A stretch of DNA of 64,000 nt from Gammaproteobacteria bacterium (GTDB lineage: Bacteria > Pseudomonadota > Gammaproteobacteria > JAJDOJ01), in NCBI GenBank assembly GCA_026984215.1, contig JALSSO010000135.1, positions 4,584 through 68,583 of the forward strand, read 5' to 3'. The position numbers were made by a program, and so were the translations under genes. Positions 50,444 to 59,535 of this stretch are shown one piece after another. A model generated the notes under the pieces. It saw only the letters and a list, made by a program, of their open reading frames with translations, was not told where the DNA came from and did no database searches. Every line of letters begins with the position of its first letter. Position 1 is the stretch's first letter.

Positions 50444-51427
50444 ATGATCCATACCCTCCAACCCGCATGGCGGAGCTTGGAGGCGCGTGTCGCCGCCTGG
50501 GCCCTGCGCCGCCAGCCTCCCCACGCCGGCCGCCTCCGGCTCGGCTACCGCCAGATCTACATCCTGCCCACGCGCTTCGGCGTGCTGTATGCGGCGTTTT
50601 GCACGGTGATGCTGGTCATCGCCCTGCACTACAACAACAGCATGGTGTTCGCCTTCGACTTTCTGCTCGTCGGGCTGGGCACCAACGCCATGTGGCTCAC
50701 CCATCGCAACCTGCTGAATTTGCGTGTCGGTGTCGAATCGGCGGAACCGGCCTTCGCGGGCGAAGAGGCGGTCTTCCGCCTGCGCTTGGAAAATCCCGGC
50801 GCCCTGCCCCGCCGCGCCCTGGAACTGCAACGGGGCGCAGACCCCCTCACGCGCTTTTCCCTGCCCCCCCACGAGGCGCGCACGGTCCCGTTACGGGTGC
50901 GCGCCACGCGGCGTGGACGGTTGCGTCCCGGCCGCTTCGTCCTGCGCAGCGAATACCCGCTCGCCCTGTTCCGGGCCTGGAGCTGGATCGAGCTGGACAT
51001 GGAGACCCTGGTCTGGCCGGCCCCGTGGTCCGAGACCAGCGCACGCCCACTCGGCGCAGAGGGCACGGAGAGCGAACGCGGCACAGACCCTCGCGGCGAC
51101 GAGGACTTCGCCGGGATCCGCCCATACCGTCGGGGCGATGCGGTACACCACCTGGCCTGGAAGGCCATGGCCCGCCTCGACCAACCGCACACCAAAGAGT
51201 TCTCCACCCCTGCCGGACCGGGCGTATGGATCGACTGGAACGACTTGCCCCCTTGCCCGACCGAGGAACGCCTCTCGCGCCTGTGCGCCGAGGTCCTGGA
51301 GGCCGCCGCCTCGGGGCTGCGCTTCGGCCTGCGCCTGCCCGGGCGGGTCGTGGAACCCGACTCGGGCCGGGGCCAACGCGATCGCTGTCTGGAGGCCCTG
51401 GCCCTGTACGGCACCGAGCGCGGCTGA
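50444..51427 (+). CDS. DUF58 (vWA-like) protein, MoxR partner
   Basis: N-terminal TM pair (ILPTRFGVLYAAFCTVMLVIALHYNN). A conserved DFAGIRPYRRGD motif is present. ATG 50444 lies inside the longer track ORF. Confidence 0.85.
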   Translation: MIHTLQPAWRSLEARVAAWALRRQPPHAGRLRLGYRQIYILPTRFGVLYAAFCTVMLVIALHYNNSMVFAFDFLLVGLGTNAMWLTHRNLLNLRVGVESAEPAFAGEEAVFRLRLENPGALPRRALELQRGADPLTRFSLPPHEARTVPLRVRATRRGRLRPGRFVLRSEYPLALFRAWSWIELDMETLVWPAPWSETSARPLGAEGTESERGTDPRGDEDFAGIRPYRRGDAVHHLAWKAMARLDQPHTKEFSTPAGPGVWIDWNDLPPCPTEERLSRLCAEVLEAAASGLRFGLRLPGRVVEPDSGRGQRDRCLEALALYGTERG

Positions 51428-51428
51428 G

Positions 51429-53516
51429 ATGAAACGGCCGGCCGGCCAGGAGCGGTATCTGGAGCGCGGGCTTCGACTGTGGCTGCTGGCGGCCCTCTTG
51501 CCCGCGCTGATCCTGCTCGCCCCCTTCCTGCCGGGCTGGGCGATTCCCGCCTGTGTCATCGTGCTGGCCGCGCGCGGCCTCCGCCCCGGACTGCGGCGCG
51601 GTCCCGTGGGGCACATGATCACCGTGTTGCTCGCCGTGGCGGCCGTCTCGGCCGTCGTGCTCCATTACCACACCGTGCTCGGGCGCGATGCGGGGGTCAC
51701 CCTGCTGCTGCTGTTCACGACCCTCAAGCTGTTCGAGACCGAGACGCTGCGCGACGGACGCATCGCCGCACTGCTGACCCTATTGTCCACCAACGCCGTG
51801 TTCCTGTTCGACCAGTCGCTGTGGCGCGCGCTGGTGGCGGCGGGCGCCTTTTTGGTGCAGGTGGGGTCGCTGATCGAACTGAGCGCTCCCGGCGAGCCGG
51901 TTCCGGTGCGCCGGCGCCTGGCCGAGGCGGCTGGAATGACGCTGCTCGCGATCCCTTTCATGCTGGTGCTGTTCGTCCTGTTCCCGCGGATTTCCGGGCC
52001 GCTCTGGGAGGTCCCGCGTGAGAACAGCGCGCGCAGCGGGCTGTCCGATGAAATGGACCCCGGTGCGATCTCCCGGTTGGTAAGGGACGACTCGCCCGCC
52101 TTCCGGGTACGCTTCTCCGGCAGCCCGCCCCCGGCCCATCTGCGTTACTGGCGTGGTCCGGTGATGAGCACGTTCGACGGGCGGCGCTGGCGGGTGGCGG
52201 ATGCGGACCGCCGGCCCGCAATCCCGCCCCGCCCCCCCGCCGGACGGACCCTGCGGCAAGAGATCATCCTGGAACCCCACGGCAAGCGCTGGCTGTTCGG
52301 CCTCGACCAACCCCTGCGCATGAACGTGGATGGCGTACGAACGCGGGCCGGAATGCTGCTCGCCCGAAACCGGATCCTCCACCCCCAGCGCTACGCCGTG
52401 ATCTCGAGCCCGGGCGAGGTCCTGCCCGTGCCCCTGGGCCGCGCCGAACGCAGACGGAATCTCCGTCTGCCCATTGGGGCGGCCCCGCGGACCGTGAGGC
52501 TCGCCCGGCAGTGGCGGGCCACGGCGGCGGACGATGAGGCGCTGATCCGGCAGGCCCTGGACTATTACACCCGCAACCTGCGCTATACCCTGAGTCCGGG
52601 CGCCACGCCGGCGGGCGCCGACCCCACGGACCATTTCCTGTTCACGAGCCGAGCCGGCTTCTGCGAACACATGGCCGGCGGTTTCGCCGTGCTCATGCGC
52701 GCGGCGGGCATTCCGGCACGTGTGGTGACCGGCTATCAGGGCGGGGCCTGGAACGAACTCGGCGGCTTTCTCCAGGTACGCCAGTCCGACGCCCACGCCT
52801 GGACCGAGGTCTGGCTCGAGAATCGCGGTTGGGTGCGCATCGACCCCACCGCGGCCGTCGCACCCGAACGGGTGGAACGCGGGCTGGCGGCGGCACCCGG
52901 CCTGGCCGCCGAGCTCCCGCTGCTCAGCCGCGTGCGGCTGGGCAGCGGACTGCTCGGTGCCGCGCAGCAGTTCTGGGACACCTTGAATTATCAGTGGCAG
53001 CGCTGGGTGCTTGCCTACGGGCCGGACCGCCAGTGGGCGCTGCTACGTCTGCTGGGCCTGAGCCATCCCGACTGGAGGGATCTGGCGTGGATGCTGGGCG
53101 GAGTCCTGGGGATCCTGGCGGTCTTGGCCACCTTGTGGGGCCTGCGCGGTGCCCGCGGGATGCACCGTGACCCCGTGCGTCGGAGTTGGGCGGTCCTCGA
53201 ACGCAAGCTGGCCCGCGCGGGACTTCCCGCGCGGGCCAGCGAGACCCCGTTGCAGCTTGCCCGCCGCGCCGCCCGGACCTGGCCGGCACAGGCCGCGATC
53301 CTTCACGACATCGCGCAGTCTTACACGCGGATACGCTACGCCCACTGTGCCGATCCCGTCGGAGGGGCCGCCGTACTGCGCCGCCGTATCCGCGCCCTGC
53401 GCCTGCGGCGGGTCAGGCCGCGCTGCGGCGATACATCAGGTGGCGCAGATGATTGCGATCCTGCCGGCGGGCGACCTCCCGAACCTCCGGGCGATTGGCG
53501 AAATCGGCCAGGGTGA
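51429..53516 (+). CDS. tgpA: transglutaminase-like membrane protein TgpA (DUF3488 + transglutaminase core)
   Basis: Multi-TM N-terminus. A transglutaminase Cys-His-Asp core is present ([30 protein letters not shown] ... DAHAWTEVW ... WVRIDPT). Its 3' end overlaps the convergent iscR by ~100 nt. Confidence 0.8.
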   Translation: MKRPAGQERYLERGLRLWLLAALLPALILLAPFLPGWAIPACVIVLAARGLRPGLRRGPVGHMITVLLAVAAVSAVVLHYHTVLGRDAGVTLLLLFTTLKLFETETLRDGRIAALLTLLSTNAVFLFDQSLWRALVAAGAFLVQVGSLIELSAPGEPVPVRRRLAEAAGMTLLAIPFMLVLFVLFPRISGPLWEVPRENSARSGLSDEMDPGAISRLVRDDSPAFRVRFSGSPPPAHLRYWRGPVMSTFDGRRWRVADADRRPAIPPRPPAGRTLRQEIILEPHGKRWLFGLDQPLRMNVDGVRTRAGMLLARNRILHPQRYAVISSPGEVLPVPLGRAERRRNLRLPIGAAPRTVRLARQWRATAADDEALIRQALDYYTRNLRYTLSPGATPAGADPTDHFLFTSRAGFCEHMAGGFAVLMRAAGIPARVVTGYQGGAWNELGGFLQVRQSDAHAWTEVWLENRGWVRIDPTAAVAPERVERGLAAAPGLAAELPLLSRVRLGSGLLGAAQQFWDTLNYQWQRWVLAYGPDRQWALLRLLGLSHPDWRDLAWMLGGVLGILAVLATLWGLRGARGMHRDPVRRSWAVLERKLARAGLPARASETPLQLARRAARTWPAQAAILHDIAQSYTRIRYAHCADPVGGAAVLRRRIRALRLRRVRPRCGDTSGGADDCDPAGGRPPEPPGDWRNRPG

Positions 53517-53886
53517 TGCCGTCCAAGAACTCGTAGAGCTTGCGGCTCAGTTCGTCCCAAAGCTCGTGGGTCAGGCAGCGCTCGCCGTCCTGGCAGTCCT
53601 CCCGGCCCTTGCAGTTTTTCACATCCACGTTCTCGTCCACCGCCGTGATGACCTGGGCCACGGAGATTTGGCTCGAAGGACGCGCCAGACGGTATCCGCC
53701 GCCCGGCCCGCGCACGCCTTCCACCAGGCCAGCCCTGCGTAACTTGGCGAACAGCTGCTCCAGGTAGGAGAGCGAGATCCCCTGGCAGGCGGAAATGTCG
53801 GCCAGCGTCACCGGCTCGTCCTGCTCGTGGATGGCAAGGTCCATCATCGCCGTGACGGCGTAGCGACCTTTCGTCGAGAGTTTCAT
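53413..53886 (-). CDS. iscR: Rrf2-family [2Fe-2S] transcriptional regulator IscR
   Basis: [68 protein letters not shown] is nearly identical in pattern to E. coli IscR. The three cluster cysteines sit in [16 protein letters not shown] 53886 with a GGAAGG RBS. Confidence 0.85.
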   Translation of the reverse strand: MKLSTKGRYAVTAMMDLAIHEQDEPVTLADISACQGISLSYLEQLFAKLRRAGLVEGVRGPGGGYRLARPSSQISVAQVITAVDENVDVKNCKGREDCQDGERCLTHELWDELSRKLYEFLDGITLADFANRPEVREVARRQDRNHLRHLMYRRSAA

Positions 53887-53900
53887 AGCTGCACCTTCCC

Positions 53901-53914
53901 TTGACCGAGGTCAA
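53901..53914. promoter_or_regulatory. perfect inverted repeat TTGACCGAGGTCAA between the iscR promoter and RBS (candidate operator)
   Basis: Palindrome TTGAC-CGAG-GTCAA lies 15-28 nt upstream of the iscR ATG. On the minus strand, a sigma-70-like TTGACC-N17-TATATAA lies further upstream, near 53930-53975. Confidence 0.5.
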
Positions 53915-53981
53915 AAACATTCAACACGAAAGCTTTATATAAAAACTGAGCAAAATGGTCAAGTATTTAGACTCGTTCCAG

Positions 53982-54524
53982 CTATGCCTGCCACGGTCGT
54001 TCCCTCACTCCAGCCTCGCGGTTCAGGGTCCGGGCGACTACGAACAGGAGGTCGGACAATCGGTTGAGAAACACCAACACCTGCCTCGGCATCGGCTCCC
54101 GGCAGGTCAGCTCGACCACGGCCCGCTCGGCGCGCCGGCACACGGCGCGCGCTACGTGGCACTGGGCCGCCGCCGGGCTCCCTCCCGGCAGTATGAAGGT
54201 TCGCAGTGGCTTCAGCGCCGCGTCCAAGCGGTCGATCCGAGACTCGATCCAGCCGGGATCGAGCCGAGTCACATCTCCGACTCCAGCCAATACCGCGCCC
54301 AGTTCGAACAACCGGTGTTGGATCGGCTCCAATATCGGCTTCGCCACGCCGCGCTCATCCAGCGCCAGAACCAAGCCGAGCTGGGCGTTGAGCTCGTCCA
54401 CCGCCCCCAGCGCGACCACCCGCGGATGGGACTTGCGCAGGCGCCGGCCGTCGGCCAGCCCGGTGCGGCCACTGTCGCCGGTCCGGGTGTAGAGCCTGGA
54501 GCGCTTCTCTCCCTCCGCCGTCAT
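53982..54524 (-). CDS. pduO: PduO-type ATP:cob(I)alamin adenosyltransferase
   Basis: MTAEGEKRSRLYTRTGDSGRTGLADGRRLRKSHPRVVALGAVDELNAQLGL is a Cob_adeno_trans signature. ATG 54524 overlaps the stop of the upstream lipoprotein gene (ATGA). Confidence 0.85.
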   Translation of the reverse strand: MTAEGEKRSRLYTRTGDSGRTGLADGRRLRKSHPRVVALGAVDELNAQLGLVLALDERGVAKPILEPIQHRLFELGAVLAGVGDVTRLDPGWIESRIDRLDAALKPLRTFILPGGSPAAAQCHVARAVCRRAERAVVELTCREPMPRQVLVFLNRLSDLLFVVARTLNREAGVRERPWQA

Positions 54525-55759
54525 CCGGCGACCTCGGCGAAACAAGTCTGCAACGGGTTGAGCGAAGTGCCGATCAGGGCCTCCTCCAGGGCGTCGTCGT
54601 CCGGATCGGGAGCCGGGGCCAGGACCATCATGCCGGGCGCGGTGGGGTCCCCGTTGCCGATCCACACCCTCCCGTCGGGCGCGACCGCCAGATGCGTCAG
54701 GTTGAGTCCGGCCAACCCCAGCACCGCGCGGGGCCCGCTGGCATTGGAGACCACCGCGCCGCTGGCCGGATCGAAGCGGTACAGGGTGTTGTCCTGGTAG
54801 CCGGCCGAACCGATCAGATAGCCCGTCTGCGCGTCCACCACCACGGCGTCCAGGATCTGGCCGAGCGGATGGTCGTCGTCGGTCCCGTCGTCCACCACCA
54901 GACGCGTCTCGAAGGTCACCGGGTCGATGGTCTCGATCCCCCCCGTGTACTCCGCCGGCGCGCCGCCGAAGGCGAACCGTCCCGGCGCGGCCACGTACAG
55001 CAGGCCCGTGGCCGGATCGTAGCGCAGCGTCATGGGGTTGCGGACCTCCAGCGGGATGCCCTTGAGCCCGTCGGCGCCGCGTCCGGTGTCGATCTCGGTA
55101 TCGGTGGCGACGTCGAACACCGCCACATAGGCCGTCTCGGACGGCACGAAGAAGTTCAGCCGCTGCAGCACCACGAACAGCCGGTCGCCGACCACCACGG
55201 CCGCCTGCATCTCCGGCACGCCGTCGCCCTCGTCGTAGGCCGACAGATCCAGATCGCCGGTCTTGAAGCCTGTGGGATCCGTCGCCGATGGATTCACGAT
55301 CCAGGCCTTTTTCGACCCATAGCGCAAGAGGTAGGCCTTGGTGTCGTCGACGAACGCCAGCGCGCCGGGATTGCTCGAGACGGTGTCGGTGGGATCCTGG
55401 GTCGTGGCCTGCCAGAGCACCCGATCCGGCGCGTCCACGTCGAACTTGGTCACGTTGTCGGCCTGGAAACGCTCGATCCGGAAAAAATATCGCCCGTGGC
55501 AGGCCACCGCTAGATCCGAGACGGTGGGCACCAATTCGTTGCGAGCCGTGCGGGGCGGCTCGGCGGCGATCACCGACGTGGCTCCCGAGGAGAAGTCGGG
55601 CGCGGCCGTCACGGTCACGGCGAACCGGCGGGCCGTGGGTTCGGGGCCGCCGCCCCCGCTCCCGCCGCCGTCGCCACAGGCGGTCAGGGACAGGCTCGCG
55701 GCCAAGATCAGGCTGCCGAAGTGGACGCGATGGGGGATCGTGAGAGAAGCCATGGGCAT
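54521..55759 (-). CDS. hypothetical lipoprotein in the cobalamin-uptake operon (candidate B12-binding protein)
   Basis: Lipobox LSLTAC, followed by a Gly/Ser linker. The ~390 aa body has repeated beta-strand-rich segments. Its ATG overlaps the btuB stop (TGATG) and has a GGAGGA RBS. Confidence 0.6.
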   Translation of the reverse strand: MPMASLTIPHRVHFGSLILAASLSLTACGDGGGSGGGGPEPTARRFAVTVTAAPDFSSGATSVIAAEPPRTARNELVPTVSDLAVACHGRYFFRIERFQADNVTKFDVDAPDRVLWQATTQDPTDTVSSNPGALAFVDDTKAYLLRYGSKKAWIVNPSATDPTGFKTGDLDLSAYDEGDGVPEMQAAVVVGDRLFVVLQRLNFFVPSETAYVAVFDVATDTEIDTGRGADGLKGIPLEVRNPMTLRYDPATGLLYVAAPGRFAFGGAPAEYTGGIETIDPVTFETRLVVDDGTDDDHPLGQILDAVVVDAQTGYLIGSAGYQDNTLYRFDPASGAVVSNASGPRAVLGLAGLNLTHLAVAPDGRVWIGNGDPTAPGMMVLAPAPDPDDDALEEALIGTSLNPLQTCFAEVAG

Positions 55760-57765
55760 CAGTCCTCCGTGCTTGGAAAACGATAGGTGAGCGTGGCGTA
55801 CCACGCCCGCCCCGGGGTGGGAAATCCATTGAACTGTTCGAAGTGCTCGTCGGTGAGGTTGTCCACCTGCAGAGCGAGCCGCAGCGGCCCGAGATCCATC
55901 CGCAAACCCGCGTCGTGGCGCAGCACTGGGGTGGCGGACAGCAGGTTGGGCCGGTCGTAGAACAACCCCTCGGCGTAATGCAGCCGATAGTAGAATCGCA
56001 GCCGACCGGCGGACTGGCTCAGCTCCAAGTCCACCACGCCACGATAGCGCCCGGGCAGGCGCTTGCCGTCGAAGGCGGCTACCCGGCTGCGGTTGCGCGG
56101 ATCCTGCCAGGTGAGATTCAAATCCAGCGTGGTTCCCGTCTCCCACGCCAGATGGGCCTGCGCCTCCAATCCGGCGACCTCCGCGCGGCCGATATTCACC
56201 GCCCGGCCCACGCCCTGCGCGTCGTAGATGAAGGCGATGGCGTCGTCGATGCGGCTGAAAAAACCGGTCAGCCCCAGCCGCCAGGCCGGCCACCGGCCCC
56301 GAGCCTCGCCCTCGGCCGCCACCCCCAGATCGAGATGGATTCCGGTCTCGGCGCGCAGGTCCGGATTGCCGATGATGAAGCCGCGATCACCGTAGAGCTC
56401 GAAAAACGCGGGCGGCCGGGCGTAATAGGCGGCATTGGTCCGCAGGAGGGTGCGTTCGTTCCAGGCCCACCGCAGACCCAGCTGTGGGGTGAGCCAGGCA
56501 TGGCTGCGGGCCGGGGTCGCGGTGGCCTCGTCCCGCTGCCAGAGAACCCGCAGCGCCGGCACGACCAACAAGCGTTCGTCCATACCGTACCAGGCCACCT
56601 GTCCGCCGGCATCCGTGGCGAACCGCCGGGCCCGGGTTCCTCGACGATCGCGAAGGCGGTCGTGGGCGTCGTAGGTCTCGCGCGTGACCTGGACGTTGAA
56701 ACTCCAGGTGGCGGTCTCGCCCAGGCGCTCGGCATAAGCCTGTGCGCCGTAGCGCCAGGTGACCGCATCGATATCCTGCGCGGCCAGCCCGATCTGGCTG
56801 AGGCGGTCGTCGTACTGTTCGTCTCGACGCACCACGAATCCTCGGCCCGTCACGCTCCAGGCCCCATCACCCAGCCCTTCGGCCGTGTAGCGCAACTGCC
56901 CCCCGAAATCGCTGGTGCGCAGCGTGGCCCGCGCCGCCGGATGGTTGTCGCGCGTGGGCAGGCCCTCGGCGCGGACGAAGCCCTGCACCAGGGCATCCAG
57001 GCGCCGCCCCGCACCCAGATCCCGCCCCAGCTTGAACAGCCCGCTGCCCTGGTCGATCCAGGCGTTGTGGCGACGGTCGGGGAAGTCGTCGGCCGGGTTG
57101 AATGCGGTGCCGCGATCGTTGACGAAGGGAAAATCGCCGTCGGTGTGGAAGTATTCTCCGCCCAGCAACCAATCGGTGCCGGACCGGCCGCCCGCGTGAA
57201 ACAGATGGCCTCGGCCCGTACCGAAACTGCCCCCGCCACCGCCCAACTCGGTAAGCGGCGCCTTCGTGGCGCGCCGCGTGCGGATGTCCACCGCCCCGCC
57301 GAGGCCGCCGCGGGCGAACTGGATGGGCACGATTCCCCGGTAGATGGACACGTCGCGCACCTGGCCCAGGGCGATCTCCCCCAGATTGACCAGGCCGCCA
57401 TAGGCCCCGTTGAGGGGCAGACCGTCCAACAACACCTGGACCTGTTGCGCCGAGGCCCCACGCAGCGTGGCGGTGGAAAAGCTCCCAAGCCCCCCCGTGC
57501 GACGCACCTGCACCCCGGCCTGGCGCTCCAACACCCGCCCCAGGTCCGTCATCCGCCCCGCGAAACGGGCGCGAGGGACGCGATCGTAGCTGCCCGTGGT
57601 CTCGGCCAGCCACACGTCCCCGGTACGCGCCGCCGGCTGGGAGGCCGCCGTGACCACCAGATCGGGCAGCAGGACGGATTCGCCCCAGGCGAGGGCACCC
57701 CACAGGCCGCCCAGCAGCAACACCGCCGCGCGGCAGGAAAGAGCCTTGGGGAAAGCGCCTTGCAC
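55759..57765 (-). CDS. btuB: TonB-dependent outer membrane receptor (BtuB-like)
   Basis: Signal peptide. TonB box DLVVTA. Plug plus a 22-strand barrel. Ends ...TLTYRFPSTED. The start is uncertain (GTG ~57765). A cobalamin riboswitch lies upstream. Confidence 0.85.
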   Translation of the reverse strand: MQGAFPKALSCRAAVLLLGGLWGALAWGESVLLPDLVVTAASQPAARTGDVWLAETTGSYDRVPRARFAGRMTDLGRVLERQAGVQVRRTGGLGSFSTATLRGASAQQVQVLLDGLPLNGAYGGLVNLGEIALGQVRDVSIYRGIVPIQFARGGLGGAVDIRTRRATKAPLTELGGGGGSFGTGRGHLFHAGGRSGTDWLLGGEYFHTDGDFPFVNDRGTAFNPADDFPDRRHNAWIDQGSGLFKLGRDLGAGRRLDALVQGFVRAEGLPTRDNHPAARATLRTSDFGGQLRYTAEGLGDGAWSVTGRGFVVRRDEQYDDRLSQIGLAAQDIDAVTWRYGAQAYAERLGETATWSFNVQVTRETYDAHDRLRDRRGTRARRFATDAGGQVAWYGMDERLLVVPALRVLWQRDEATATPARSHAWLTPQLGLRWAWNERTLLRTNAAYYARPPAFFELYGDRGFIIGNPDLRAETGIHLDLGVAAEGEARGRWPAWRLGLTGFFSRIDDAIAFIYDAQGVGRAVNIGRAEVAGLEAQAHLAWETGTTLDLNLTWQDPRNRSRVAAFDGKRLPGRYRGVVDLELSQSAGRLRFYYRLHYAEGLFYDRPNLLSATPVLRHDAGLRMDLGPLRLALQVDNLTDEHFEQFNGFPTPGRAWYATLTYRFPSTED

Positions 57766-57899
57766 CGGATCCGTACCCCCGGGGCAGCCCGGGCGCACGG
57801 CACGGGCCCCGGGGACCCGGAGCCGACACCGCCTCGGCGCCCTCCGCTGCCGTGCGTCCTCCCGCGATCACAGTGGACCGCGGCCCTGCTCACGCCAGG

Positions 57900-58100
57900 C
57901 CGGTCTCCGGGCTGAGGGCCCCTCCGCGGCCGCCTTCCCATGCGCAAGGCACAGTGGCGTACCGGCCGCCGAGCACCGTGGCACTCCGGCCACGGCCGAC
58001 CCATCACCGTTGCGGGGGCAGCGCCGGACTCACACCGGCTTCCCGTTTCACCCACCGGCTCACACCGGCGGACACCTGGGTGAATTGGCCGCCCACGTTA
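57900..58100 (-). ncRNA. cobalamin (B12) riboswitch
   Basis: The minus strand contains GGTGGGTGAAACGGGAAGCCGGTGTGAGTCCGGCGCTGCCCCCGCAACGGTGA, which is the conserved cobalamin riboswitch core. The downstream B12-box GCCACTGTGCCTTGCGCATGGGAAGGCGGCC is also present. Both are upstream of btuB. Confidence 0.7.
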
Positions 58101-58206
58101 ATCGCTGTGGCCCCAGCGCGCAAGCGGGCGTGGCGTTGCGTTCCAGACGGCTTTCGATCTCACCGGTATGCCCATGCCCACTTCCGCCGGGAGCCCCCTG
58201 CGCAAA

Positions 58207-58962
58207 TCAATCCACCGCAAACCGGCTCACGAGCCTTCGCAGCACCCGGCCCACCGCCTTCATGCCGCGGGCCAGGGTGGCGTCGATCTCGGCCAGGGTG
58301 ATCTCGGCCGGGCCGCGGCCGGCGGCAGGATTGGCGCAGACCGCCAGGGTCGCGTAGCACAGGCCGGCCTCGCGGGCGAGACCGGCCTCGGGCATGCCGG
58401 TCATGCCGATGATGTGGCAGCCGTCACGCTCGAAGCGGTCGATTTCGGCCGCCGTTTCCAGCCGCGGCCCCTGCACGGCGGCGTAGGTGCCGTCGGGGCG
58501 CACGGCGATCCCTTCGGCCGCGGCCGCCTCCAGGAGCCACCGGCGCAGCCGCTCGCAGTAGGGCCGGGTGAAGTCCACGTGCACGATGCCGGCGCCGAAG
58601 TCGTCGTGGAAGGTCTGCGCCCGGCCCCAGGTGTAGTCGATGATCTGATCGGGCACGCACAATCCGCCCGGCGGCGGCTCGGGGGCGATGCCGCCGACGG
58701 CGGCCACCGCCAGCACGGTGTCGGCGGCGTGCTCGCGCAGCGCCCAGACGTTGGCGCGGTAGTTGATGCGGTGGGGCGGGATGGTGTGGCCGGGGCCGTG
58801 GCGGGTCAGGAAGGTCACCGGGACCCCGTCGAGCCGCCCGTGGAGAAGCGGGCCGGAGGGCAGACCGTAGGGAGTTACCACGTTCTGTTCCTCCTCGATC
58901 ACCAGTCCCTCAAGGCGGCCGAGGCCGGTGCCCCCGATCACCGCCAGACGCGACCGCCGCAT
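58207..58962 (-). CDS. mtnP: S-methyl-5'-thioadenosine phosphorylase
   Basis: MRRSRLAVIGGTGLGRLEGL... is a PNP/MTAP-family N-terminus. HIIGMTGMPEAGLAREAG is also present. Confidence 0.85.
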   Translation of the reverse strand: MRRSRLAVIGGTGLGRLEGLVIEEEQNVVTPYGLPSGPLLHGRLDGVPVTFLTRHGPGHTIPPHRINYRANVWALREHAADTVLAVAAVGGIAPEPPPGGLCVPDQIIDYTWGRAQTFHDDFGAGIVHVDFTRPYCERLRRWLLEAAAAEGIAVRPDGTYAAVQGPRLETAAEIDRFERDGCHIIGMTGMPEAGLAREAGLCYATLAVCANPAAGRGPAEITLAEIDATLARGMKAVGRVLRRLVSRFAVD

Positions 58963-58965
58963 GCC

Positions 58966-59535
58966 TCAGTCACCCGCCCGCACGGCGTAGATGGCCGGCA
59001 GGTTACGCAGGTGTTCCTTGTAGTCCATGCCCCAGCCGAACACATAGCGGTCGGGCACCTCCAGGCCCACGTAATCCGCCTCCACCGCGGGCATGCGCCC
59101 ACGCAAGCGCTTGCGCACCAGCACCGCCGAGCGTACTTCGCGCGCACCCCGCTCCCGGCACCACGCCACCAGCGCCGCCAGGGTGTGGCCCTCGTCCAGG
59201 ATGTCGTCCAGCAGCAGGACGCGGCGGCCGCGCAGGCACCGGGCCGGTTCACGCAGCCAGTGCAGCGCGCGTCCGCGGGTGCGGCCACGGTAGCGGGTGG
59301 CGTGCACGTAGTCCACCTCCACCGGCCAACCCAAGCGGCGCAGCACCTCGGCGGCCATCATGAGCCCCCCGGTCATGACGCACAGGGCCAGCAGGTCGCG
59401 ACCCTCCAGGTCGGCGCGGATGGCGGTGGCCAGGCGTCCGAGTGCGGTCTGGACGGTCGCCTCGTCATGGATCAGCTCGGCCTCGCGCAGGACGCGGCCG
59501 ATCTCCTCGCGTAGCGCCGTTTCGCGTTCGCTCAT
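58966..59535 (-). CDS. hpt: hypoxanthine-guanine phosphoribosyltransferase
   Basis: PRPP-binding motif VLLLDDILDEGHTL. 189 aa. Confidence 0.9.
   Translation of the reverse strand: MSERETALREEIGRVLREAELIHDEATVQTALGRLATAIRADLEGRDLLALCVMTGGLMMAAEVLRRLGWPVEVDYVHATRYRGRTRGRALHWLREPARCLRGRRVLLLDDILDEGHTLAALVAWCRERGAREVRSAVLVRKRLRGRMPAVEADYVGLEVPDRYVFGWGMDYKEHLRNLPAIYAVRAGD

Noticed and set aside
55843-57915. 690-aa + strand ORF
   Set aside because: It is antisense to the btuB TonB-dependent receptor.
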